Assembly (NCBI GenBank): GCA_963643505.1
Contig: CAVIKF010000008.1
Location: forward strand, 2,363 to 66,362
DNA from: Eggerthellaceae bacterium
GTDB lineage: Bacteria; Actinomycetota; Coriobacteriia; Coriobacteriales; Eggerthellaceae
DNA length: 64,000 nt
Reading direction: 5' to 3'
Part shown: positions 18,101 to 25,918 of the stretch, one piece after another
How positions within the stretch are numbered: the stretch's first letter is position 1
Layout: the number at the start of each line of letters is the position of its first letter
The notes under the pieces: model-generated
What the model saw: only the letters and a program-made list of their open reading frames with translations
The model's database searches: none
What the model was told of the DNA's origin: nothing
Made by a program: the position numbers and the translations under genes

Positions 18101-18757
18101 TCCTACAACACCGGCGCAATTACCGTTACCAACGCCTCCACGTCAAATGGTGCCGGCGGACTGATCGGTGTCTATACCTCCAACAAGGCAGGCGCCACCG
18201 TTACGAACTGCTATAACGCAGGTACCGTTACCAGCAACAACAACGGCGGTGCGCTTATCGGATATGACACCAAGGGCGCGACCCTTACCAATTGCTACTT
18301 CGTTGGTGACGAGTCGACCAGCGTATGGAACGGCTCTGCCGCCAAGACGACAGGCTACACGGCTCAGACCGCCGACCAGATGAAGTCCGCCGCGACGGTC
18401 ACCGCCCTCGGCACCGACTTCAAGGCCGACGGGGATGGGACATCCGCGTACTCGATCAACAACGGCTACCCTGTCCTCACGTGGCAAAAGACCGACCCCG
18501 ATAAGCTCGTTGGCCTTGCCGGCGACGTGAACAACAACGGCAAGCTCAACATCGTCGACGCCCAGATCACCTACGACCTCAGCACGAATCGCTACGAGGG
18601 CGACCCCCTCTCCGCCTTGCTCGCGAAGTGGGGCGAGGGAACTCTCCTGGTCCAGCTCCAGAAGTTCGCCGACGTCAACGGCGACGGCACGCTCGATGCC
18701 GCCGACGCACGTGCGATCCAATACGCCATCCACAACGGAGGCGTCTTCGGGGCGTAA
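15110..18757 (+). CDS. Secreted GLUG-like beta-helix protein with Ig-like (Big_3-like) repeats and C-terminal dockerin-like module (1215 aa)
   Basis: The signal peptide is ...SLTLVASMCPAAGLAWA-TDG. Entry modules are MTITSYDEMVEFAQIVNG...WVPVG...FEGTFDGAGHSFSNLYI and YLITNVDDMKWVANEVEFG...YMPIGG...FSGTFDGNNHKITY. Many GGI(V/A/T/M)G turns are present. Two or three Ig-like units occur, such as YSAGQSFDTASLSFVATFSDGTQQTVTDFDLTIDG and YSAGDTFNPYGLTLKVTYSNGKYERF. Confidence 0.85.
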   Translation: MRKLVKERSFRKATSIACSLTLVASMCPAAGLAWATDGGFSSDDSVTIGQTEGDLDVNVLATDANLSDSTGLKENAATDQGALGTLASDSWYSPDAKEMTITSYDEMVEFAQIVNGTHESFAQDSFRGKTVTLANDIDMGGVQGVDGTWTGTSWVPVGNATYTYSSTATDSNYTITSGYAFEGTFDGAGHSFSNLYISSDKGYLGIFGAVGGTDTVGAAGYGTVKNFVIASGSVTCTNTTAQATDFVGAAVGKLNAGGTIEGITNYVEVYAPYTMCVGGIVGFAGTSVQWGSNMSSNNRNIYLGNPSGDNTYVLRCANNGDIIGYYKDGGIVGENAAKVLYCYNTATIEQGMSGSGGGIGGIAGRNGDRNMNYSEVGTIMYCYNTGTIKGTSPITKATIRGYGGITGWSSLNCLVANNYSAGVVETGYSDYQAICGRGDSPYTGLENNYALNTLNDRYTSASDAPKMGIKKTSDELKTCANLMNVGARAFVADSATEPINDGYPILYWQSSTYDPNATITNTAWSGEDTVKTSYSAGQSFDTASLSFVATFSDGTQQTVTDFDLTIDGQPINDPLTKSDNDKTVVASTVFNGVTYSKEFKITVVPTTVTEIAASSNSYASPYRLIYSAGDTFNPYGLTLKVTYSNGKYERFDLSTSSTCATKWSEMEANGWSCNLATITSDDNGKKPVLTYTYDDIAYTYEAPATISVVAKPSQDEQGNYLITNVDDMKWVANEVEFGTSTSIGNNYYDSNVSAKLMADIDLSGVEYMPIGGKVGYYTYCFSGTFDGNNHKITYSDTTTFTSTSNSYAGIIGYLGTSGVVKDLTVEGSVAPTVNFGGVVYQVYGTNAKVENCTNNATINATSSVGGITYNVAAKATGATITNCTNNGNITSSGSSVGGIMGVASLKDYSITDCTNNATVKAGSNAAGILGNGTGTIKRCLNAGPIIATGGKAGGIMGNCSNTSTTYGIFDCANTGDVTATDAAGGLVGATYMSGYANSYNTGAITVTNASTSNGAGGLIGVYTSNKAGATVTNCYNAGTVTSNNNGGALIGYDTKGATLTNCYFVGDESTSVWNGSAAKTTGYTAQTADQMKSAATVTALGTDFKADGDGTSAYSINNGYPVLTWQKTDPDKLVGLAGDVNNNGKLNIVDAQITYDLSTNRYEGDPLSALLAKWGEGTLLVQLQKFADVNGDGTLDAADARAIQYAIHNGGVFGA
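18524..18754 (+). other. Dockerin-like C-terminal module
   Basis: Segments are DVNNNGKLNIVDAQITYDLSTN and DVNGDGTLDAADARAIQYAIHNG. Confidence 0.65.
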
Positions 18758-18770
18758 GTTTTCTGCGCCA

Positions 18771-18797
18771 TGTGACAGGCACCTGGCACCTGTCACA
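18771..18797. repeat. Palindromic GACAGG-N9-CCTGTC element, inverted copy of the one at 2238-2297
   Basis: TGTGACAGG CACCTGGCA CCTGTCACA lies 14 nt after the stop at 18757. The core GACAGGCACCTGGCACCTGTC differs from the reverse complement of the 2241-2261 core only at the central base. Confidence 0.75.
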
Positions 18798-18800
18798 AGA

Positions 18801-18839
18801 GGGCCCGGTTCCCGAGGTTTCGGGGCCGGGCCTTTTCTT
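18801..18839 (+). terminator. Rho-independent terminator of the 1215-aa gene
   Basis: GGCCCGGTTCCCGA / TCGGGGCCGGGCC form an imperfect GC-rich hairpin followed by TTTTCTT. Confidence 0.75.
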
Positions 18840-18914
18840 GCTTGTTTGAGGTTTCGTCGCAGACCAAAGCTTTGAACTGGTAGAATTTTCCCAACTCATA
18901 TGAAAGGAGTTTTC

Positions 18915-19850
18915 ATGCAATCCAACCCTGCAAGCAGCACGGTGCGCGGCATCAGCATCGCCACGATCATTCTGAGCGCCATCGGAATTGCGCTGTCGGT
19001 TCTTTCCCTTGCAAGCATGTCGGTGATCAGGTCCTATGTCTATGACCACGCGGACGAGATCTCCAACATGACCATGGCCGCGATGGAACAAAGCTCGTCT
19101 TCATCGATTACCATCAACGAGCACAATATCAACGTGAGCGACTTGGCTTTGGCCCTCGAAAAGCAAGGAGACGCCGATATCGCTGTTGCAGCTGAGTTTA
19201 TCGATGACCTCTCCAAGGGCAAGCTCACGTCGGCTTTTGATCTTTTGTCCTCCACCGACACAGAAAACATCGTTGCGGCAAAGCGCAAGTTTGCTGCGAT
19301 GACTGATGAACAGATGCTCAAATTGGCTACGGCTGTGCCCGGTGCGACCTCTACCGATATGATTGCCCTGCGTGATGAGGTGGCTGGTATTGATGACGCC
19401 GATCTTGTCGAGATGTGCAACCTCCTCAAGTCCACCACGCCAGAAGAGATGATCTCTGAGACCGTCGAGTTTGGCGTGATATTAATCACCTATTTTGTCG
19501 TTGCCGGTCTCATCTCCGAGTTGATTACCCTCATCGCGGCCATCTTGGCCTTGCGCAACGCTGAGAAGCCAGGCAAGCTCAAGGCGGCCTTCGTCATGTG
19601 CATCATCGGCGCTGTCGCGGCGTTGATGATGGTTTCTATTGTCCGTCTCGTCCTCATGATCGTCGATGCCGTCTATATCCAAAAGGTTCGCCGGACCCCT
19701 ACGGTGCCCCCTGTCTATCCTCAAGGCCCAGGACAGGGCATGCCGGCGGGTTGGCAACAAAATATGCCTCAGGGCGTGCCCGCAAACGGTATGGCTAACG
19801 GCGCGGCTAACCCGAACCAAGCCGCCCCTTACCCTGACGCGCTGAAGTAG
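18915..19850 (+). CDS. Hypothetical membrane protein (1 N-terminal + 2 C-terminal TM segments, Pro/Gln-rich tail)
   Basis: The ORF spans 18900-19850. I prefer ATG 18915 because AAAGGAG lies 5 nt upstream. TM-like stretches are ISIATIILSAIGIALSVLSLA, FGVILITYFVVAGLISELITLIAAILAL and AAFVMCIIGAVAALMMVSIVRLVLMIV. I recognise no family. Confidence 0.6.
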   Translation: MQSNPASSTVRGISIATIILSAIGIALSVLSLASMSVIRSYVYDHADEISNMTMAAMEQSSSSSITINEHNINVSDLALALEKQGDADIAVAAEFIDDLSKGKLTSAFDLLSSTDTENIVAAKRKFAAMTDEQMLKLATAVPGATSTDMIALRDEVAGIDDADLVEMCNLLKSTTPEEMISETVEFGVILITYFVVAGLISELITLIAAILALRNAEKPGKLKAAFVMCIIGAVAALMMVSIVRLVLMIVDAVYIQKVRRTPTVPPVYPQGPGQGMPAGWQQNMPQGVPANGMANGAANPNQAAPYPDALK

Positions 19851-19926
19851 GCCGTTGAAATAGGCCATTCCTTTCTGAAAAGAAGATGAGAGGAGAGGGC
19901 GACGATGGAGATGACGAGGTCCCGCC

Positions 19927-20556
19927 ATGATACCTAAGCCAGACAAGAAGACACGATTCCCCTTTGGCCGCAAGACGGAAGGCGGCGAGTACTGCAAGGC
20001 CGTTCCCCTCAACGAGGAGGGCAATCCTGACGAGGTGACTACCGTAGACAAAGTCAAGGGCGCAGCACAGATGGCGGCAGGAACGGCCATCACGGCCGCC
20101 GGTATACCTATGCTCATTCTTCCTGGTCCCGGTGCGGCTGCAATCATCGGCGGTGGCGCCCTGGCGCTCAAAGGACATCGGACCTTGACCGGTCGAGATC
20201 CCTTGCCCATCGAGCAAACCATTGACGACGCGGCGCAACGTCTCGCCTCGGTTGCCAAGGACGAGGCTTCTGCTATGGGTCGAAAGGTTGCGAACAAGGC
20301 GTCAGATATGGGCGCCAAAATCGCCGAGGAGGGACCTTCTCTTGTGGCCGCGACTGCCAAGCAAGTTCCTGGTGCGGTTGCTTGTGCGGCCTCTCATGCT
20401 TCAAAGGCCGCCTCTGCCGTTGCACAACAGGTACCAGGTGCGGCCGAGGCGGTAGGGCGTGCGGTGGCTCGTGGCTCCAAGATTGTCGTGGGTGTTGGCG
20501 CCGAGGCTGTCCGTCAAGGTTCGAACTTGGTGAAAGAGCGTCGCAACGCTAAATAA
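19927..20556 (+). CDS. Hypothetical membrane protein with PGPGW-like motif and Ala-rich repetitive C-terminal half
   Basis: AAGIPMLILPGPGAAAIIGGGALAL resembles the PGPGW transmembrane motif. The C-terminus repeats AKQVPGAVA / AQQVPGAAEAV. Confidence 0.5.
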   Translation: MIPKPDKKTRFPFGRKTEGGEYCKAVPLNEEGNPDEVTTVDKVKGAAQMAAGTAITAAGIPMLILPGPGAAAIIGGGALALKGHRTLTGRDPLPIEQTIDDAAQRLASVAKDEASAMGRKVANKASDMGAKIAEEGPSLVAATAKQVPGAVACAASHASKAASAVAQQVPGAAEAVGRAVARGSKIVVGVGAEAVRQGSNLVKERRNAK

Positions 20557-20742
20557 CGCGGGTAGGAAGATTGTAGGAAACAGCCCAGGCAAGGCGCCTC
20601 GCTCCTGCTGGTTTCCGCTGGTGTTTTCGTGAACATGCGTCATTGTTGGCGTTGCTTCAGACGGCGGTGGCATACTTTCTTTCATAAATTGCACGGCACG
20701 TCTCTTTACCGCCGCGAACACGATGCAAGAGCTTGAGAGTTA

Positions 20743-22551
20743 TTGATGATTGACAAAGACCAAGAAGATAAGAGCGGGCAGAACGCGTCTCGCTTCGAAC
20801 AGGTGGGCACATTCCGTTCCGAGCAGGCGAACACGTCTCGCTTCGAACAGGCGAACGCGTCCCATGTTGAACAGGCGAGCGCGCGCCGCGACAGGACCGC
20901 ACGCAACGACCGCTCAGACCGAGGCGCCTCCAATCGCGACCGCTCCAAAGGCGGAGCCGCACGCAACGACCGCTCCGACCGCGACAGGACCGTACGCAAA
21001 GGCCGCTCAGACCGCGGTGTCCCCAAAGGTAGCGCGCGTTCCAAGCCTGCGTCGGTGAGTTTTACAGGGGAGGTTGGCCAAACGCGCGGGGTTATCGACC
21101 GCAACACCAAAAAGTCCAAGCCTCACAAGAAAAGCAAGCTTGAGCAATTAGTCGTCCAGTGGTGCAACCGTCTCCTCGATGTTGCACATGACCGTTCCTT
21201 CCATGAGCAGGAAGAGCAATATGAGGCAAATCGTACGACCCGCGACTTTTTGTGGAACAGCATAGGCATGTGCGCATGGGGCGTTGTTTTCCCCGTCCTT
21301 ACCATCGTCGTCACCCAACTTTCAGGTGCCACCAACGCAGGTATGTTCTCCATGGCTTTCGTCATAGCGAGCCTGCTTATGATTGTCGCGAATTTCGGTA
21401 TCCGTACGTTCCAGATCAGTGATGTAAATGAGGAGTTTTCTTTTGCGGACTATCGTATCAACCGCGTTATCACCTGCCTCGCCGCGATTGTCCTAGGTTT
21501 TCTCTATTGCAGCATACGCGGCTATGACGAGGCGATGGGCGTCATGTGTATGGGGCTTATCGTATACAAGGCAGTAGATGGGTGCGCCGATGTCTATGAA
21601 GGCCGTCTGCAACAGATGGACAAGATGTACCTTGCGGGCGTGAGCCAGACGCTACGCTCCCTGGTTGTCTTTGTCGTCTTTTGCATCGCCCTTGTTTTGA
21701 CGGGAAGTCTCCAAGTCGCGAGTGTTGTTATGGCGGTGTTTGCGGTATTGACCTTGGTGTTTATCTCGCTTCCGTTGGCGCACATGGAGACGCCGAAGTC
21801 CGAGCCGGTCAACATCAGACGCGTCATCGAGCTGTTCAAGAAAAGTTGGCCCCTGTTTGCGGCGTTTTTTATGTATGCGCTCATCGACAACATGCCGAAG
21901 TTCGTCATGGAAGGTGCGTTGACCTACGATAACCAACTGTTCTACAACGCGTTGTATTTTCCTGCGATGTTCGTCCTCATGTCTGCCCAAACGATCTATA
22001 AGCCCATGCTTGTGCGCATGGCTAACGTTTGGCATGACCCGTCGAAACGTCGTCGCTTCGACCTCATCATCTTGGCGGTCGTGGCCCTGATCGTCGGCAT
22101 TACGGCGGTTATGACCTTTGTGATGTTGTGGTTTGGCCTTGACCTCATGGCCTTCCTGTACGGTCTTGATTTCCGCCAATTCGAAAAGATCAGCATCATC
22201 ATGCTCATCGCCGGCGGCATCACGGCAGGCATCGACTTCATCTATCAGACGATCACGATTCTCCGCCGCCAAAAGGACGTCATGATGGCTTATGTCGTCG
22301 CATTGATCCTTGCGCTTTTCACGCCAATGCTGCTCATCGATTTTGCCCAGCTCGAAGGTGCGGTTTTAAGCTACCTAATCGTCATGGCTGTGTTGTTCAT
22401 CCTTATGCTTTGGATCTATATTCGCATTCGCTTTACTCGTGACGGCGGCTTGTCTGACCCCGCACCCAAGCCAGCCACGTCCAATGAGGAGCCCGAAGAG
22501 ATTCCTGTTGTTCATGGCCGAGTCGAGATCGAGGGCAAAGGCAAGGCGTAA
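20743..22551 (+). CDS. Polytopic membrane protein, Wzx/MOP-type oligosaccharide flippase-like, with ~150-aa repetitive charged N-terminal tail
   Basis: From residue ~165 I count roughly 12-14 hydrophobic segments, arranged like Polysacc_synt-family flippases. The N-terminus is low complexity (RFEQ...SEQANTSRFEQANASHVEQA; RNDRSDRGASNRDRSKGGAARNDRSDRDRTVRKGRSDRG), encoded by DNA repeats around 20790-21010. The true start may be internal. Confidence 0.5.
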   Translation: MMIDKDQEDKSGQNASRFEQVGTFRSEQANTSRFEQANASHVEQASARRDRTARNDRSDRGASNRDRSKGGAARNDRSDRDRTVRKGRSDRGVPKGSARSKPASVSFTGEVGQTRGVIDRNTKKSKPHKKSKLEQLVVQWCNRLLDVAHDRSFHEQEEQYEANRTTRDFLWNSIGMCAWGVVFPVLTIVVTQLSGATNAGMFSMAFVIASLLMIVANFGIRTFQISDVNEEFSFADYRINRVITCLAAIVLGFLYCSIRGYDEAMGVMCMGLIVYKAVDGCADVYEGRLQQMDKMYLAGVSQTLRSLVVFVVFCIALVLTGSLQVASVVMAVFAVLTLVFISLPLAHMETPKSEPVNIRRVIELFKKSWPLFAAFFMYALIDNMPKFVMEGALTYDNQLFYNALYFPAMFVLMSAQTIYKPMLVRMANVWHDPSKRRRFDLIILAVVALIVGITAVMTFVMLWFGLDLMAFLYGLDFRQFEKISIIMLIAGGITAGIDFIYQTITILRRQKDVMMAYVVALILALFTPMLLIDFAQLEGAVLSYLIVMAVLFILMLWIYIRIRFTRDGGLSDPAPKPATSNEEPEEIPVVHGRVEIEGKGKA

Positions 22552-22818
22552 GCCCGTCGCCCACAAGGCAATAGTCCTCGCCTATTTGGAACACAAAACC
22601 CTTCTTCAGGGACCGGCTACAAGCGATATGGCTATCTATGAAATGTATTTGGCGGAGGAGCTTGCTCAACCTGCTCAATAATTGAAAAAAGTAACCGATA
22701 AACCCCTCATGTCGTCTTTGGGAGCGCCTTTGTCTGGCAAAATAAAGGTGCACGTCTATCCGATTCGGTTGAGACGTTGATGTCGCACCCCGATAGGTCC
22801 CTGCGAATAGGAGGCAAC

Positions 22819-24114
22819 ATGCCCGAATCAACAGCGTATTCATGTCCCCATTGCCACGCGACCCTCAAGTTAGAACCCCATAGCGGCAAGCTCGTCTGCG
22901 AGTATTGCGGCGGGTCATATGATGTCGACCAGATTGAGGCATACGTTGACGAGGTTGGTTATGCCCGTAAACAGGTAAGGGCAGAAGAGGTTGCAGCGGC
23001 CGAGACTAGCGCGGCTGCATCTGGTGCCGGGACCGAAGAACCTGGGGTCGCTGCCGCTGGGGCAGACGTAGCCGCAACAACTGGAACCGAGACGTCTGGC
23101 GCAACCGAGACTAGCGCGGCCGAGACCAAAGCATCCGGTGCTCGTGCGACTGGCGCCGACGCGGTTGCATCCTATTCCCTCGAGGAGTGGGACGCCATGA
23201 TTGCCGAAGGCAAACAGGAACAATTCGACGAGATGGTCGGCTATGTCTGCACGAACTGTGGCGCCCAGGTTGTGACCGACAAGCTCACCGTTGCGACCAG
23301 TTGCCAGTATTGCGGCAGCTCCGTTGTCGTGGATCAGCGTCTGACCGGCGGCATGAAGCCCGGATTCGTTCTCCCCTTCAAAGTGAAGGCCGAGGATCTT
23401 CCCCAAAAGCTCACCGAGTTTTATGCCGAGCGTCCGCTTTTGCCCGACAATTTCTTCTATGACAACCAAGTGGGTGAGGTCCAAGGCATTTATGTCCCAT
23501 TTTGGTTATATGACGGCACGGCCAAGGGGTCGGCACGCTTTGAAGCTACTGACACGCGCGTCTATACAACGGGAAAATACGACGTGACCGAAACAGATTT
23601 CTTCCATTGCGACCGTGCCGGCTCCATGTCTTTTGGCAACGTCCCCGTCGACGCGTCCGAGCGTATCGACGATGACCTGATGGACTCCATCGAGCCTTTT
23701 GACTACAAAAAGATGCAGCCGTTCAAGGCGGGTTTTCTCACCGGATTCGTCGCGGAGCGTTTCGACCAAGGCCCGCGGCAAGTCTACGATCGGGCGTCAT
23801 TGCGCATGAGCAACACTGCGACAGACACCATGCAAACGACCGTCTACCACCAATCCGTCAAGCTCTTGTCGAGTCATGTCGAGGTTGAGAATCTTGCTGT
23901 CAGCTATGTGTTGTTGCCGGTATATCTGTTCAATTGCAAATACGGTGGGAAGCACTATCGGTATGCCGTCAACGGCCAATCGGGGAAAATCGTCGGCGAG
24001 GTACCCATATGCAAAAAGAAAAGCCTCTTCTGCTTTTTGAAAGGCTTTGCGGGGACTACGGTGGTTGCTGCCGTCTCGATAGCGATACTCGCCGCGTTGT
24101 GGATGATTTTGTAA
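22819..24114 (+). CDS. Double zinc-ribbon protein with C-terminal membrane anchor
   Basis: The ORF spans 22777-24114. I prefer ATG 22819 because AGGAGG lies 4-5 nt upstream. CxxC pairs are CPHCHATLK...CEYCGG and CTNCGAQV...CQYCGS. An Ala/Thr/Glu-rich linker separates them. The C-terminal TM segment is FAGTTVVAAVSIAILAALWMIL. Confidence 0.6.
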   Translation: MPESTAYSCPHCHATLKLEPHSGKLVCEYCGGSYDVDQIEAYVDEVGYARKQVRAEEVAAAETSAAASGAGTEEPGVAAAGADVAATTGTETSGATETSAAETKASGARATGADAVASYSLEEWDAMIAEGKQEQFDEMVGYVCTNCGAQVVTDKLTVATSCQYCGSSVVVDQRLTGGMKPGFVLPFKVKAEDLPQKLTEFYAERPLLPDNFFYDNQVGEVQGIYVPFWLYDGTAKGSARFEATDTRVYTTGKYDVTETDFFHCDRAGSMSFGNVPVDASERIDDDLMDSIEPFDYKKMQPFKAGFLTGFVAERFDQGPRQVYDRASLRMSNTATDTMQTTVYHQSVKLLSSHVEVENLAVSYVLLPVYLFNCKYGGKHYRYAVNGQSGKIVGEVPICKKKSLFCFLKGFAGTTVVAAVSIAILAALWMIL

Positions 24115-24132
24115 TAGGAAAGGGGGTTGGTT

Positions 24133-25161
24133 ATGAAATCGGCAAACAAACTTTTTGCTCATGTGCTTACTATCGTACTTGCGGTGACGTGTGTGCATGT
24201 CCCCGTAGGGTTTGCTTGGGCGGATGTCCCTGTTGCAATGGACAAAGGGATGAGCGTTGTCGCATCGGATGTGTCGAACGCGTCGAGCGCGAGTACGGTC
24301 GCGGCAAACGTGTCGAGCGCGAGTACGGTCGCGGCGAGTACGGGTGTGAGCTCATCAAGTACGACTGTTGCTAAGTCTACCAAGACGACCGCGGATCTCG
24401 ATTGGTACCCCAAGGACCCGTCCTCGTTCCAAGACTTCCATAACACCACCGCCTCGCGTGTCATTGACAACGCAGATTTGCTTACCGACGCGGAGGAGGC
24501 AGAGCTTGCGGCCCATATCGCTGACATGACGGCACGTACCGGCCTCGACTTCATCCTTTTGACGGATACGTCTTCCTATGGCTTGACGCGCGATTTGTAC
24601 GCGGCGGATTTCTACCAGTTCAATGGCTATGGGTTGGGCGATAACTATTCGGGCGTCATCTATTTTGTGTGCATGGAGCGCGATAATCGCGGCTTCTATA
24701 CCGCGGCGCGAGGGGATGCGCGTACGTTGCTTACGGAAAACAACGTCAACGCCATGGACGACAAGACCTACGATCTGTTCGTCGACGGTGACTACGCCAA
24801 GGCAATCAGGACCCAATTCGATAGTCTCGACAGTCTTTACACCAACGGCAGCCTCCCGATTGATCGCACGCCATTCCTTATCGCCGGTGTCATCGCGATC
24901 GTTATCGGCCTCATCGGAGGATTCGTAAACTTGAGCAAGAAGCGCAGGCAGATGAAGACCGTGGAGACGGCGACGAATGCGAGCATCTACAGCAATCGCG
25001 GCCTGACCTTGACAAACAACCTCGATGTCAAGTTCAACACCGTGGTCACGCGCACGAAACGCGAGTCGGACGACAACCATGGAGGAGGCGGCTCAAGCTA
25101 CTCGGGCGGATTTTCCAGCAGCGGTGGTGGCTCGTTTAGTGGCGGAGGCCGTAGTTTTTAG
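24133..25161 (+). CDS. TPM-domain (YgcG-like) protein with signal peptide, TM segment and Gly/Ser-rich tail
   Basis: GGAAAGGGGG lies 7 nt before ATG 24133. The signal peptide is LTIVLAVTCVHVPVGFAWA-DV. The TPM-type core is RVIDNADLLTDAEEAELAAHIADMTARTGLDFILLTDTS. The TM segment is FLIAGVIAIVIGLIGGFV, and the tail is GGGGSSYSGGFSSSGGGSFSGGGRSF. Confidence 0.75.
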   Translation: MKSANKLFAHVLTIVLAVTCVHVPVGFAWADVPVAMDKGMSVVASDVSNASSASTVAANVSSASTVAASTGVSSSSTTVAKSTKTTADLDWYPKDPSSFQDFHNTTASRVIDNADLLTDAEEAELAAHIADMTARTGLDFILLTDTSSYGLTRDLYAADFYQFNGYGLGDNYSGVIYFVCMERDNRGFYTAARGDARTLLTENNVNAMDDKTYDLFVDGDYAKAIRTQFDSLDSLYTNGSLPIDRTPFLIAGVIAIVIGLIGGFVNLSKKRRQMKTVETATNASIYSNRGLTLTNNLDVKFNTVVTRTKRESDDNHGGGGSSYSGGFSSSGGGSFSGGGRSF

Positions 25162-25426
25162 CTGCACGGCGTCGCACGAAGTGGCGTTTGGCGGTTCGCG
25201 CATTGAAACCATTGCCCGGGAAATTACCAAATTCACAGCATTGGTAAACGGAGAACTCGGAGTTTGTATCGAAAAGCCCTTTTAGTAACAATGTGGCAGG
25301 TTATTCGCTTAAATCATACTAACTCATGTTAGCGTATGCAGGGGGGGTAACGGAAATGCTGAGGGACGTATGCCCGACGCATGATGGAGCTTCGGTGTGC
25401 TGACAACCGGATGGCCGGGAAGGTCG

Positions 25427-25488
25427 CCTAGAAGACGCCTTAGAATCAAAAACAGATTCTAGGAGGTTATACCCACGTTCGGCACGCT
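25427..25488 (+). repeat. Copy A of a ~62-nt paralogous intergenic element (partner at 36128-36189)
   Basis: GATTCTAGGAGGTTATACCCACGTTCGGCACGCT (25455-25488) matches GATTCTAGGCGATTGCACCAACGTTCGGCACACT (36156-36189) at 28 of 34 positions. The 28 nt upstream, starting CCTAG in both copies, match at 17 of 28 with identical spacing. The element contains the inverted repeat TAGAATC...GATTCTA. Confidence 0.7.
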
Positions 25489-25507
25489 ATTGAGGGGAGA
25501 TCCCCAT

Positions 25508-25873
25508 ATGAATGACCATATGAACGACCTGGGGCAATTTTACGACGCCGTCGGTGCGAATGCCGATGAGGTTATCGGTCGTTTGGGTGGCGATCCGACA
25601 TTGGCGATGCACTTTCTAGCAAAATTTCAGGAGGATAGCAGTTTCCGCGCACTTTGCGCCGCTTTGGATGGTGGCGACGTAGAAACTGCATTCCGTGCGG
25701 CGCACACGCTCAAGGGCGTTTGTGCGAACCTCGGTCTGCAAACGCTCTTTTCCAAGGCGTCAGATGTGACCGAGTTGCTTCGTGCCGGTGAGATGGAGAA
25801 CGCCAAACGTGCCCTGCCTGCCCTTGAGGCGGAGTACAACCACGTTTGCGTCCTGCTCGCAGGGCTGTGTTGA
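25508..25873 (+). CDS. Histidine phosphotransfer (HPt) domain protein
   Basis: The HPt signature is AFRAAHTLKGVCANLGL (HxLKG). It is a small all-helical protein. The ORF-track start is TTG 25490; I prefer ATG 25508 because GAGGGGAGA lies ~8 nt upstream. Confidence 0.8.
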   Translation: MNDHMNDLGQFYDAVGANADEVIGRLGGDPTLAMHFLAKFQEDSSFRALCAALDGGDVETAFRAAHTLKGVCANLGLQTLFSKASDVTELLRAGEMENAKRALPALEAEYNHVCVLLAGLC

Positions 25874-25918
25874 ACAAATCCGACATGCCGAAAAGACTAA
25901 ACCTGTAACGGAGGATAT

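Noticed and set aside
25162-25426. A 265-nt gene-free stretch before the signalling block, examined for a riboswitch, tRNA or small RNA. It contains an imperfect hairpin, CATACTAAC...GTTAGCGTATG, at about 25316-25340.
   Set aside because: I could not match it to any riboswitch or tRNA consensus I know (no T-loop GTTCGAATC, no GEMM-like motifs). I left it unannotated rather than guess. cmscan against Rfam would settle it.
25470-25495. Sigma-54-like -24/-12 promoter (GGCACG-N4-TTG) inside the shared 62-nt element. The second copy reads GGCACACTGCCAGC.
   Set aside because: The GG-to-GC spacing or the -12 TTGC does not fit the consensus in either copy. I have no evidence that this organism encodes RpoN or an enhancer-binding protein nearby.
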